Position numbers and translations under genes: made by a program
Source of the DNA: a virus
DNA length: 64,000 nucleotides
IMG/VR virus record: IMGVR_UViG_3300028549_001461
Span: 97,222-161,221 of that record
Direction: 5' to 3' (one strand)
The notes under the pieces: model-generated
The model's database searches: none
Seen by the model: the letters and a program-made list of their open reading frames with translations, nothing else
What the model was told of the DNA's origin: nothing
Part shown: one piece after another, positions 48,199 to 58,694 of the stretch
Numbering within the stretch: position 1 is the first letter of the stretch
Layout: every line of letters begins with the position of its first letter

Positions 48199-48444
48199 AT
48201 GGATAATTTTATGTTTGACCCAAGAAGACATTGTATTAGTTGTGGAGGTATGGGCTCTGTAGGACAAGGTTCTACTTGTCAAACTTGTGGTGGTACTGGA
48301 AATACTAAAGAGGAACTTAGTAGAATAAAAAAAGCAGCTCATATAAAATGGTTGGAAAATGAGTTTAGCAAATTTAGCTTTTCAGAGGAGATTATATATA
48401 ATGGCGAACTTGAAAAATTTATTAGATGGGTCAAAAGAAACTAA
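48199..48444 (+). CDS. Small protein with DnaJ-type CxxCxGxG repeats
   Basis: CISCGGMG, CQTCGGTG. Confidence 0.55.
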   Translation: MDNFMFDPRRHCISCGGMGSVGQGSTCQTCGGTGNTKEELSRIKKAAHIKWLENEFSKFSFSEEIIYNGELEKFIRWVKRN

Positions 48445-48480
48445 ATATAAACAATTATTACTATTTATAATGAGATAAAT

Positions 48481-49674
48481 ATGTTTTTACATAATCTAAC
48501 TAAGCTATATAGGGGGCGTTTCTTACTATACAATCTATTAAAAGGATACACTACTATGAAGCTTTTTTCTTTTTTTACTAATTTTTTTGGTGACACCAAA
48601 ATAAATGTTGACACAACAAGAAGAGTCTTATTTGTGTTAAAACAACGTCAAAATTATGAAGAACAAGACAAAAGTGTACAACACTTTGCTAAGTCTTTAG
48701 TTACTGGTATGTATAATTCTGTAACATTTATTTCAGAAATGTTAAATAGCATAGGCGTAACTGCTAAAGTAGTTATAGTAGTTGATAATAACTCAATCGA
48801 CCGAGAAGTATCTATTTTCAAACCAACAGATGTTTTTATTGAAGGTATGTGGGTTGTGAGTGAAAAATTTGATATACTAAAAAAATTACATCCTAAAATA
48901 AATTGGGTTGTTAGATGCCACAGTGAAATCCCTTTTTTGTCAGGGGAAGGGAATGCAATAGAAAGAGCCTTTGGCTATGTGAAAAGAGGAGTTGCTTTAT
49001 CTGGTAATAGTTATAGAGTTGGTAACACTTTTAAAAGTATAATAGGTGGCGCTTTATTATTTAATAAAGCAAATAGAGATAAACTATTTCCTGTGCTTCC
49101 TAATTATTATCCAGTTGTAGAGTACAAAGAAAAACAAAACAAGAAATACAAACAAGTATTAGATATAGGCTGTTTTGGTGCGATTCGTCCTTTAAAGAAT
49201 CAATTAATACAAGCTATAGCAGCAATTGAATTAGCTAAAACATTGGGCAAACCATTAAATTTTCATATTAACATAGGTAGAGTTGAAGGAAATGCAACTA
49301 GTCAACTAAAGAACATCAGAAGTCTATTTTATAATTTAGACAATAATTATAATTTAATAGAACATAGTTGGATAGAGCATGAAGAATTCTGTGATTTGTT
49401 AGAGAAGATGGATTTATGTATGCAAGTTTCTTTCTCAGAAACTTTTAACATTGTTACTGCAGACGCGGTAGTTAGAAATGTTCCTGTTGTAGTGTCTTCT
49501 GAAATTTTATGGACAAATCATTTTTGTTGGGCTGAGACAACCAGTGTTGAAGATATAGTTGAAGTAGGTTTGTTAGTACTTAACAATAAGAGAATATGTA
49601 GAGAGAATAAAAGTAGTTTAAAAAACTACTCAGAAGACACGAAAAAAGTTTGGATGAAGTATTTCGCTAAGTAA
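48481..49674 (+). CDS. GT-B (family 4-like) glycosyltransferase
   Basis: GAIRPLKN, SETFNIVTADA, PVVVS; likely start 48556. Confidence 0.75.
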   Translation: MFLHNLTKLYRGRFLLYNLLKGYTTMKLFSFFTNFFGDTKINVDTTRRVLFVLKQRQNYEEQDKSVQHFAKSLVTGMYNSVTFISEMLNSIGVTAKVVIVVDNNSIDREVSIFKPTDVFIEGMWVVSEKFDILKKLHPKINWVVRCHSEIPFLSGEGNAIERAFGYVKRGVALSGNSYRVGNTFKSIIGGALLFNKANRDKLFPVLPNYYPVVEYKEKQNKKYKQVLDIGCFGAIRPLKNQLIQAIAAIELAKTLGKPLNFHINIGRVEGNATSQLKNIRSLFYNLDNNYNLIEHSWIEHEEFCDLLEKMDLCMQVSFSETFNIVTADAVVRNVPVVVSSEILWTNHFCWAETTSVEDIVEVGLLVLNNKRICRENKSSLKNYSEDTKKVWMKYFAK

Positions 49675-49942
49675 ATTTTTGTTAATATGTACATTCATAA
49701 CATGAAAATCTTAACAAGAAATCTTCAGGTTTTACTTTTTTATTTTTTATCTTTTCACCACAAAATGTTTTATCATCCCATGGTAAACAAACGTGCAATT
49801 TATCATCTACACCAACACAATTGATTACAAAATCTTCTTTATTACTACTATCTTTCATAATAGCACCATATAAGATTACATCGTTTAAGCTAATGTACAA
49901 ATAGCTGGCTTAAACGATGTAAAATAATTATTTTTTGGATTG

Positions 49943-50569
49943 TTACAACATATTAAGAGCCGTTACCACAATAACAACAATACAAATTAAAGATCCTAAA
50001 GCAGAATAAAAAGTGATTTCATCATTAGCATTTCCACTTATTGCAGAAAACTTTGGTACCAATACATCTTGTTTTTGGATTATTACTCCAGAGGCATCGG
50101 TTTTATTTAATGTGATAATTTTCTTAGTGTTAAATTTATATAGAAGTACTAAAAATATAGTAATAAATATAGTGCCCATAAAACATGACCACATACCTTC
50201 AAATACACCAAGTTTATAAATAATACCTATTGCAGTTAATATACCTACAGGTGTAAATATAAATTCATTAGCTTTTACTCCTAACTTATCGAAGAAATCA
50301 ACAATAGTATCAGCTATCGCCATAGTTTTACCTCTAAAAGTTTCTATATCCATTGCAGCTAATGTTTTCATATTTTCAGGACTGATTGCTGGTTGTACTT
50401 CTTTCAATTGTGCTTGCTTTTTTAAACCCTCGAAAACAGCGTTACGTGCATTACTGTCCATATTCATTAAAGCTTCTTGTGATATAACAGTATCTGAAGC
50501 ATTTCCAGCAAATACTGGTGAAGCACAAATAAGCATAAAGATTGTAAATAGTAATACTAATTTTTTCAT
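49943..50569 (-). CDS. Membrane protein with signal peptide
   Basis: Signal peptide plus three hydrophobic segments. Confidence 0.6.
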   Translation of the reverse strand: MKKLVLLFTIFMLICASPVFAGNASDTVISQEALMNMDSNARNAVFEGLKKQAQLKEVQPAISPENMKTLAAMDIETFRGKTMAIADTIVDFFDKLGVKANEFIFTPVGILTAIGIIYKLGVFEGMWSCFMGTIFITIFLVLLYKFNTKKIITLNKTDASGVIIQKQDVLVPKFSAISGNANDEITFYSALGSLICIVVIVVTALNML

Positions 50570-50860
50570 ATTTTTTTTCCTTAATTTATTTTTTTTGTTG
50601 TTTATTAACTTGAGTATTTACCTGTACTATTACATAAATCACAATCAAAGTTTAATCTTTCATGTTCGCCATATTTAGACCAGGCCATTTTTCTAAAAAT
50701 AGTTACGTATTTTCTACCTTCACATTTAGGGCAAACACCTTTATTTTTTAAAAGTTTCTCATATTCTAATTTACGTTTCTCTGCTTCGTATCTTTTATCT
50801 GAAGGACCACACGGGCCCATACTACACTCTTCTCAAGATTTACCTGTTCCGCACATATTG

Positions 50861-51442
50861 CTATTCCTTATATTTTTCTCTTTTTATAATTGCTAATTTT
50901 AATATAGCAACTTGTATATAATGAATTTGTTCTTTTAGATGTTTTTTAATTTTTTCATATTCTCTTTTTTTCATCCATTCTACTATGTACATATCACGAC
51001 AATGTTTATAAGGATCCAAAAAATAATCGGCTGCTAAAAAACAGGCATCTTCTGCAGCAAGTAGCCAATCCAATTTTATATCTTCTGGAATATTAACTAT
51101 TGCAGCATACTGACAAATCGGATATATTGTTAAGGCTTCTTTTGAACATATTTCACGCGGTTTATACTCTTTCCCTTTTTCTAGTCTAAATTCTTTAATC
51201 CAAGATGTTTCATCTTCTTCTGTACTCATTAATTGAATAGAGAAATAATTTTCTGGTAAACTATGAATAATAACTTCTTCTTTTTCTGAATAAGCTAATT
51301 CTCCATTAATCCAATCTAAACCATTACCATTTGTAAAAAATAACTGATCTAATACTTTGTCTCTAGATTTTTCAAAATTTTCATCTTTATACAAAAGAGG
51401 ATATTCAAATATGGAGTTTATAATAAATTGATTTACATTCAT
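50861..51442 (-). CDS. Hypothetical protein
   Basis: ORF track. Confidence 0.6.
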   Translation of the reverse strand: MNVNQFIINSIFEYPLLYKDENFEKSRDKVLDQLFFTNGNGLDWINGELAYSEKEEVIIHSLPENYFSIQLMSTEEDETSWIKEFRLEKGKEYKPREICSKEALTIYPICQYAAIVNIPEDIKLDWLLAAEDACFLAADYFLDPYKHCRDMYIVEWMKKREYEKIKKHLKEQIHYIQVAILKLAIIKREKYKE

Positions 51443-51455
51443 AATTTAATAGTTC

Positions 51456-51761
51456 CTATTTATAACATTTAGCTACTTCTTCTGTCCAACCAGAATCTAA
51501 AACAAAGCCATATCTATCTTTTGAATAACGAATTAATTTTTCTATCACAAAATCTTCATCACCTTCTCCTGTAACTTTGCAAGTATCGCCAACTTTAAGT
51601 CCATCTAATTCTGTGATTGTATAAGTTAGTTTTCCGTGCTCTTTTTCTAGAAGAAGTAAATCATTAGATAACCAATCATTTACTTCTTTATCACTAGAAA
51701 AGACATAGTTTGCTGAAAGGTTTCCTCTTGTTGTTAGTCGTTTAATAAAAATTTTATTCAT
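51456..51761 (-). CDS. Hypothetical protein
   Basis: ORF track. Confidence 0.55.
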   Translation of the reverse strand: MNKIFIKRLTTRGNLSANYVFSSDKEVNDWLSNDLLLLEKEHGKLTYTITELDGLKVGDTCKVTGEGDEDFVIEKLIRYSKDRYGFVLDSGWTEEVAKCYK

Positions 51762-52893
51762 TATTTTCTAGCAACCATTCAGGATTTATAACTTTAAAAC
51801 TAATAGTTTCATCATCAGATCTTCTAACAACAATTCCTTCAGCAGTTACTTTTGGGTTGACCTTACTTTTTCTTTTGGATAGTTCCATAAAATAATTTAC
51901 GTCATGGTCATGCTCAAGAACAAAAGGATCACCAGAAGGCACTATTTTAATACCAACTTGCTTACAAGCAACTTGTTTGTCAAACTTGGATAAAAATGTT
52001 TGATTTTGTATATTAAAAACATTAAAACAATAAAAATCAAGAGTATCTAATTTATATTTATTTTCTTGAATACCTGGACCAATAAGCTCACCTTGTATAG
52101 CTACACTAAAACCTAAAAGATCTGAAAGTTCTTGTACTTTAAGTTCAATGTTATTATCAAGGGCATAACGCCACCAATACCTATTATCAGGAGTAACAAG
52201 TCTTAAGTTTCTTGAACAAACACCAAAACCATTTCCTTTATCTATCTGAAATAAACCAAATTTTTTTCCAACTAATTTTTTATTAAAAAAATAAGACGCT
52301 GAACTACCATCAAGTTTTTCAGTATCGTAAAAAACTTTACCAATGTTTCTACGTAGTATTGTAGGATAACTTTGTAAACGTGTTTCATCAGTTTTTAAAA
52401 TGAACTCTGGAAAATTACCTTTACTCTTTCCAGGCATTATTCTATTGTATACATACCTAAACCAGTGATAATCCATTAAAAAACTTAATACAGGATTATA
52501 TTTTTTGTTACCGGTAGGGTCAGCATTTTCTGGACGAGGATCATATTTAGTAACACCAATTAACTTTGTTACATCTTCCCCTTCCTTATAATATTTTAGT
52601 TCTTTATTACTGAATTCTTTAAGTATAGAAAGTGGAAGAGCCAGACCTTGCGCAATTTGTTTTCGTAGTTTTATAGTTCTAACTCTATATTTTCTATCAG
52701 CCAAAAAATCAAATACAGCTTCTTTAGGAAGTTGAGAATCTATTTCAAAATATACGCATAGATCCCCAATTTGAAATTCGCCTTTTCTTACAACACATTC
52801 CCAACCCAGAATGGAAGCTACTTCAATTTTATCTGCCCCAGGAATTGCTTGTAAATCTAAAATTTTTTGTATAGATGCTAATTGTCTTTCCAT
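51754..52893 (-). CDS. RNA ligase, DRB0094 family
   Basis: RQLASIQKI...IPGADKIE, KTDETRLQ, EKLDGSS, QGELIGPGIQ, EGIV, SFKVI. Confidence 0.9.
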   Translation of the reverse strand: MERQLASIQKILDLQAIPGADKIEVASILGWECVVRKGEFQIGDLCVYFEIDSQLPKEAVFDFLADRKYRVRTIKLRKQIAQGLALPLSILKEFSNKELKYYKEGEDVTKLIGVTKYDPRPENADPTGNKKYNPVLSFLMDYHWFRYVYNRIMPGKSKGNFPEFILKTDETRLQSYPTILRRNIGKVFYDTEKLDGSSASYFFNKKLVGKKFGLFQIDKGNGFGVCSRNLRLVTPDNRYWWRYALDNNIELKVQELSDLLGFSVAIQGELIGPGIQENKYKLDTLDFYCFNVFNIQNQTFLSKFDKQVACKQVGIKIVPSGDPFVLEHDHDVNYFMELSKRKSKVNPKVTAEGIVVRRSDDETISFKVINPEWLLENNE

Positions 52894-53516
52894 TGTTATT
52901 TTCCTGTTACATTACATTTGTTATTTTGTTCTTCTATAAAATCTTTAATTATTTTTTCACCGTCTTCTTTTAAAATAGAACGACTTAGTTTTATAAGGTC
53001 TAATAGTTGTTGTTCTTTTGCGCTAATATCTGAAAGACAACTTTGTTTTATGGAATTTGCTTTAAATAAAGCCCAATTATAACCAGAAACAAATACATGT
53101 ATTAGACTGCCTATAAATATTAATGCTGTAACTATGTAATGCTCCCTAAGTTTTGGTAGTAATGAGGTAAAAAGAATAATATCGTCTGCTGCAACTATAG
53201 TCAAGTATATAGAAAATAAAGCTGATACAAATATAGATCCTATTACAAAGTAGATATCTTTCATTATTTTTTCCTTATGTAGATAATATAAAAATTTTAT
53301 GTCATTTCCAATGAGCATTTAACCACTCAGTAGCATCGTTTTTAAATATTGTATCAGAGCATCCCCAACGCATTGCACTCTTTTTAATAGTGTCTGGTAA
53401 CATATCATAACATGTTTTTACGTTAGGCTTAGATAAGTATTTTTTGTTTGTAATATTATGGTCATGTAAAACCTTTTCTACAATTTTGTGAAAATCCCTA
53501 TATGCAAACCCTTTAC

Positions 53517-54149
53517 TCATACACACTCCAGTTTTAATTTATTTTTTACTATTGGTTTATTCAACCAGTGCTCGTCTGTTTGCACATGACCGGCTCTAAC
53601 ATATTTTGCAACACTATTTGGAAACTCTTCAAGTGCGAATGACCCGGCTAAACGTACAACATATCCTTCCATTTCACCTTTTTCAGTAGGTGTTAATTTT
53701 ATATTTTTTACAAAATCTTCATCCCATATACCATCATATATTACTGGTGCATGAGGTATACCCAAATACTCTAAATCGATTAAAGTATTATCCCATGATT
53801 GACATATGTTATCAAACCATATAGAAAATGCATAAAAAAAGTTTGTAAGATTTATATATGAAATTGAATGTTCTGCAAAAACGTTTTCTCCACATATTTT
53901 TACATGTCTTTCAAGTATCTGGGTCAAATAACCGTAACGATTCTTTATCCAATGCCTTGATGCATGATCTTTTGAATCCATAGATCTTGCGTGTATCTTA
54001 CCATATTTTATGGTAGTACACTCTCCATCAAGTTTTTCTGTAATTATTATACGTTTTCCAACAAAATGGTCTATGGATTTAATAATTTTATCGTCTTTTG
54101 TAACTCCAGGAGACCATGGTAGGTGGTAAGTCTTTGGATATTTAAACAT
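53517..54149 (-). CDS. RNA ligase family nucleotidyltransferase
   Basis: KYPKTYHLPWS, TEKLDGE, GEN, EGYVVR, AKYVR. Confidence 0.85.
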   Translation of the reverse strand: MFKYPKTYHLPWSPGVTKDDKIIKSIDHFVGKRIIITEKLDGECTTIKYGKIHARSMDSKDHASRHWIKNRYGYLTQILERHVKICGENVFAEHSISYINLTNFFYAFSIWFDNICQSWDNTLIDLEYLGIPHAPVIYDGIWDEDFVKNIKLTPTEKGEMEGYVVRLAGSFALEEFPNSVAKYVRAGHVQTDEHWLNKPIVKNKLKLECV

Positions 54150-54509
54150 GATCTCTCTCTCTCCTATTATAATTCAGAGCCCTCTTTCCAAGCTGCAATA
54201 GCTTTGTCACTAATACTTTGTAAATTATACAACAATTTTCCATGAGGAAAAAGTACGTCATATCTCGTTCCACCTTTTGTGAGACTAAAAAACATTGGCG
54301 TAGTACCAGAATTTCTTACTTGAAAAGACATACTGCTACTATTAAAAAAACAAGGCACTGTAATAAAATATATATTGTCTTCACTATCGTAAGAACACTT
54401 AACCTCTTGTAGCAGTTTATTTATATTTGTAAAATACTTGTTTTCAATTTTTTCTATTTGTTCTTTTGTAGCTTGTACAACATTTAAAAACATTTTAATA
54501 CTCCTTGAT

Positions 54510-54833
54510 TTATTTTTTGTGTGCTTTTAGTAATTCTTCTATAGAATAATAAACTGGAATTTTTAAACGCTTTGCCATTGTCTCTTCTATATCCGCGCCT
54601 TTACTTTTACCTTCTAATCTCAATACGCAGTCGCACAATTTTAACCAACTTATTAAAGCACCAAGCCAAAAATTGTAAGGTCTATGTTGTTCTTGCTCAA
54701 GGTAGTGAGAAAGCAGTGGTACAAATGGATTAAAACCATTATCAATTAAAATGTTACCTACAGTAATTTGTGCTTTAACATTCGCCTCTCTGTCACCTTC
54801 GCTATATTTTGAAGATATATAAACTCTTTTCAT
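54510..54833 (-). CDS. DUF4406 / nucleoside 2-deoxyribosyltransferase-like protein
   Basis: VYISSKY, PFVP, CDCVLRL, SKGADIE. Confidence 0.7.
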   Translation of the reverse strand: MKRVYISSKYSEGDREANVKAQITVGNILIDNGFNPFVPLLSHYLEQEQHRPYNFWLGALISWLKLCDCVLRLEGKSKGADIEETMAKRLKIPVYYSIEELLKAHKK

Positions 54834-55094
54834 AGATACTCCTAATTAATTATTACATAAGTATATTTGTTCTTACAAGAAAGGCAAATAGGCTAAAAAT
54901 AGCTAAGAGTATTCCAAGGGCAAATGATATAAATGCCCCACCTGCTATTATAATTACATACTCCCCATGGTTTTTTCTAACTTTTGTATTAATTACGGAC
55001 CCATTCGCTACATATTTTTTCTTATACCATTTTTCATAATTATAACCTACAATGAATAAAATTACACTAAATAATATTAAGGAAATTGTTATCA

Positions 55095-55301
55095 TTATTT
55101 ATCACTTGTTTGTTCAATAATGGCTAACTGACCGCAAGCAGCACCAGCTTTAATTTCCGCATCAGTAGCGATTGCCACTGCATAGTCGTAGCCAGCTTCT
55201 TGAAGCTGCAGTTTAATAAGTTCTTCTTCAACCTTTTTTATATATTCTTCTTTTGTTACCAATCTACCATCACTGGTTTGTTTTCTAATATTTTCAGACA
55301 T
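55095..55301 (-). CDS. Small protein carrying the RlmN/Cfr C-terminal AACGQL motif
   Basis: LQEAGYDYAVAIATDAEIKAGAACGQLAII; AAGGAGA RBS. Confidence 0.7.
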   Translation of the reverse strand: MSENIRKQTSDGRLVTKEEYIKKVEEELIKLQLQEAGYDYAVAIATDAEIKAGAACGQLAIIEQTSDK

Positions 55302-55354
55302 ATGCTTCTCCTTAGAATAGAATTTTACTACCTTAATTTCTTAGTTCAGTTTTG

Positions 55355-55561
55355 TTATCTAAACATCCCTGCTCTTATAGTAAATGTATAATGAAGAATA
55401 TTATTAAGCATGATAGGAAAAAAATCGCCTACATCAACCCATTCGTTACTTTTTAACATTTCTTCTGCCATTTTAGTTGCAAACTCATTTGCTTTACTAG
55501 CTTCAATAGTAAATGTCTCTATTTGTACAATCTCATTAGCTTCTTTTTTTAATTTAGACAT
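55355..55561 (-). CDS. Hypothetical protein
   Basis: ORF between the two radical SAM parts. Confidence 0.55.
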   Translation of the reverse strand: MSKLKKEANEIVQIETFTIEASKANEFATKMAEEMLKSNEWVDVGDFFPIMLNNILHYTFTIRAGMFR

Positions 55562-55563
55562 AG

Positions 55564-56364
55564 TTATACCAAATTATGTTGTTTAATTATACCTTTTCCC
55601 ATACCATTTTTTTCAGATACTTCATTAGTATTTATAGGTGAGATTTTAATAAAGAAATATTTTGGATCAAAATACTTCTTTAGTGTGTTAATATCAAAGT
55701 CTTCTGGTCGGGCTAAAGTTAGATTGATAGTAGTTTTGAGCTTACTGTTTGTTCTGACTTTACCCATTTCTTCAAGAGAGATCTTATGCTTATAAGGAAT
55801 AAGCCAGTCACGATAATCTTCTTTGAATGAATGCACAGAAAATTGTAAAGTAATATTATCTTTAATCCAAGAGTAGTCTGCCCCTTTTACACCAATGGTA
55901 GAGATGTAGTGATGCACTTTTGTATTAGGAAACTTTTTATCAATAATAGAGATAGCTTCTCTAACAGCCTCTAGATTTAAAAACGGTTCGCCCATACGAG
56001 TATAATTTATTTTAAATTCTTTAGCATCACATGTGTTGTAAGAAAAGTTGTCGTTGTTAAGGATAACAAACACTACTTGCTCAACAATCTCTTCAGCTGT
56101 AAGATTTCTACATTTTTTCATTGTTGCAGTAGCACAAAATTTACAACCAACTGGACAACCACTCATTGTAGAAACACCAATCATCCAACGTTCAGCTCTA
56201 CTACCAAGATTACCATCTTCTAAAAAGTTTTGATGCTTACCAATAGCATCTTTAGTATAAAATGGTAAGAAAGTATCAGTAACTTCTAATGGATAACCAT
56301 CTTCTGTTTCCAATAAGTAAACCACACCGTTAGCGAATTTTTTATTTTTTATCTCTTTTAACAT
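55564..56364 (-). CDS. RlmN-like radical SAM protein lacking the C-terminal AACG segment
   Basis: STMSGCPVGCKFC, RNLTAEEIVEQV, MGEP, ISTIG, LQFSVH; ends soon after ISPIN. Confidence 0.85.
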   Translation of the reverse strand: MLKEIKNKKFANGVVYLLETEDGYPLEVTDTFLPFYTKDAIGKHQNFLEDGNLGSRAERWMIGVSTMSGCPVGCKFCATATMKKCRNLTAEEIVEQVVFVILNNDNFSYNTCDAKEFKINYTRMGEPFLNLEAVREAISIIDKKFPNTKVHHYISTIGVKGADYSWIKDNITLQFSVHSFKEDYRDWLIPYKHKISLEEMGKVRTNSKLKTTINLTLARPEDFDINTLKKYFDPKYFFIKISPINTNEVSEKNGMGKGIIKQHNLV

Positions 56365-56375
56365 TTTACAACTCT

Positions 56376-56762
56376 TCAGATTGATTTTTTATGTACCATT
56401 ATTTTAGATTTAGTTTCTTTGCTTAAATCACCGTCTATCCACAACTCTCCTTGAACTGTGTCTATTAAATTTTCCAGTTTTTCTAATTCATTGAGAAGAA
56501 ATAATATTATATCACCTTCGCTAAGATCTTCACAAGTAACTCTTAATTCATCTCTACCGTCTTTAGTCAACCAATAATCATTAGTTCTCATATGGTCTCC
56601 TCTATGCTTCAAAATGGGTACTGTTTTTTTTAATTGTTCATTTTCTTCATGTAGTTTTTTTATTACCTTCCAAGCCATTTCTGGGTACTCTTTAATAACA
56701 TCCCATGGTTTTTCCAGTTTAAACATATCTGGTAAATTTGCAGCACATATGTTGTCAAACAT
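56376..56762 (-). CDS. Hypothetical protein
   Basis: AAGGAGA RBS. Confidence 0.55.
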   Translation of the reverse strand: MFDNICAANLPDMFKLEKPWDVIKEYPEMAWKVIKKLHEENEQLKKTVPILKHRGDHMRTNDYWLTKDGRDELRVTCEDLSEGDIILFLLNELEKLENLIDTVQGELWIDGDLSKETKSKIMVHKKSI

Positions 56763-56822
56763 AATTCTCCTTAAATAAAGACAAATTTAATATCATTATA
56801 ACAATATTCTATGAGTATACCA

Positions 56823-57080
56823 CTACATCTCTAAAATGTGACTAAAAGAAGATGCCAAATCATCTCTTATACCCAATGATTGTAAAGTACATTCATCAGG
56901 TACTGTTATTGTAGTATAATGAAAACCATCACCATCAATACCCACAATATCATCCCAACCTAATTTACCATCATCATGTAATTTTTCTGCTTTTGTTATC
57001 CACTCTTTACTAAATGTAAATTTTGGTATATACGAACCATCCATACTATCTTGTACTAATACATATAATTCTTTTGACAT
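56823..57080 (-). CDS. Hypothetical protein
   Basis: ORF track. Confidence 0.55.
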   Translation of the reverse strand: MSKELYVLVQDSMDGSYIPKFTFSKEWITKAEKLHDDGKLGWDDIVGIDGDGFHYTTITVPDECTLQSLGIRDDLASSFSHILEM

Positions 57081-57092
57081 AATATTATCTAC

Positions 57093-57545
57093 CTATTTAT
57101 AATAAACCAAAGCATTAAACTTACCAAGTGTTTTATCTACAATTTTTTCGACTACGCTCCAATTACCACCTGCAAGACCACAACCAATTTTTGGTAATCT
57201 TATTTCCCAAGTACTATACTTTTCAGCAACAGTAGCCATGCACTTTTCTATAGCTTCATACTCAGCATATAGTCTGTTGTCTCTTCCGTAATAATATTGT
57301 GTGTAACAATTAAGAATATGTAAGTTATCAGAAATAACTGCAGTACTAAAAGTACCTAATTTTTTTCTATCTCCTCTAATTGTTTGTGTTATATCAGCAG
57401 TGTACACTTGAGGAAATTTATTTTTTAAATATTTTGCTATCCCAGAGCCCATGGTGTGGAAACAGTTACATCCGTGAAGAATTACTGTTTTCTGATTATT
57501 GATATCTAAATTACTCAATATATCAGCTTTAATTGTGTTTATCAT
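57093..57545 (-). CDS. Macrodomain (ADP-ribose processing) protein
   Basis: HGCNCFHTMGSGIA, NCYTQ, PKIGCGLAGGNW. Confidence 0.88.
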   Translation of the reverse strand: MINTIKADILSNLDINNQKTVILHGCNCFHTMGSGIAKYLKNKFPQVYTADITQTIRGDRKKLGTFSTAVISDNLHILNCYTQYYYGRDNRLYAEYEAIEKCMATVAEKYSTWEIRLPKIGCGLAGGNWSVVEKIVDKTLGKFNALVYYK

Positions 57546-57553
57546 AATAATTA

Positions 57554-58297
57554 TTAACTCCTTATAGAATAGTTCCAGCCTAGTTTCGTGTGTATAGCTT
57601 CAAAAAAAGATGTAAATTTAACTAATTTAATTATGATATCACTTTTAACTATAGTCATATTGTACAATGTGTCTTCAAAAACAGGTACACCATCTATATT
57701 TATCTCTGCTTTCTTAGATGTTCTTAGTGTTAATTTAGATGTATCTGAAATTATCAATGGCCGGGCTGCTAAAGAGAAAGGACATATAGGCGCAATACTT
57801 ATTACGTTTGTATTTGGTTGAACTATAGAGCCACCTGCAGACAAATTATATGCTGTTGATCCAGACGGTGTTGAAATAATAACTCCATCACCTTTGTAAT
57901 TTAGATTATTATCATCTACTTTTAATTGTATATCAAACAATTGACCTCTTTTTACAGCCTGTACAACTACTTCGTTAAAGCCTACAAATTCTTTATTTTC
58001 AATAATAATTTTTAAAACACTTCTGTTTTCTATTTTTGATTCATCAGGATTTTTAAGGAACTCCATAACTTGCTTTTTAGTTATATCATTAGATAAAAAA
58101 CCAACATGTCCTGTGTTAATACCAAGTATAGGTATATGTGTCATGTCATTTTCTATTAGTAGTTGACTAGCTCTTAGTATAGATCCATCTCCACCATCAA
58201 CTACAAAAATACCAGCTTGTTTAATATTATTTACTCTGTCTGGGCCATTGATATCTGTGCAAGGAATTGCTTGTCCATTAGTGTAGTAGTCTAACAT
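57554..58297 (-). CDS. NAD kinase
   Basis: GGDGS, GINTGHVGFL, NE, GDG, STPSGSTAYNLSAGG, IDG. Confidence 0.9.
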   Translation of the reverse strand: MLDYYTNGQAIPCTDINGPDRVNNIKQAGIFVVDGGDGSILRASQLLIENDMTHIPILGINTGHVGFLSNDITKKQVMEFLKNPDESKIENRSVLKIIIENKEFVGFNEVVVQAVKRGQLFDIQLKVDDNNLNYKGDGVIISTPSGSTAYNLSAGGSIVQPNTNVISIAPICPFSLAARPLIISDTSKLTLRTSKKAEINIDGVPVFEDTLYNMTIVKSDIIIKLVKFTSFFEAIHTKLGWNYSIRS

Positions 58298-58694
58298 ATA
58301 CCTATCCTTTATTTTTTATTAGTTTACCAACAATTCCAACACCACCTACTGTTGCATGTTTTGCTATCTTACTTTCTTTGTAAGTAGATATATTTCTTTT
58401 CTTTTTTGGATTTACTTTTTGTTCCAGAACTACTATAGGAAAATATTCAACTATGTTATTCTTAGTCTTCATATTATACTTTCTTTCTTTTTAGTGGAGG
58501 CGAAGGGGAAGGTGAAGAAGGTTTTCTTACTTTTTCTTGATGTGGACATAGTTCACTACTATTGGGATATTCACTACAACATCTTGCACCTAATCCGAAT
58601 AAACTTTTGTTTATATTCAAGTTATTACACCAAGCGCCTTTGTTGTTGTAAATACAATTTACTTTAATCATCATATCTGGCCCTTTTATTTTAT

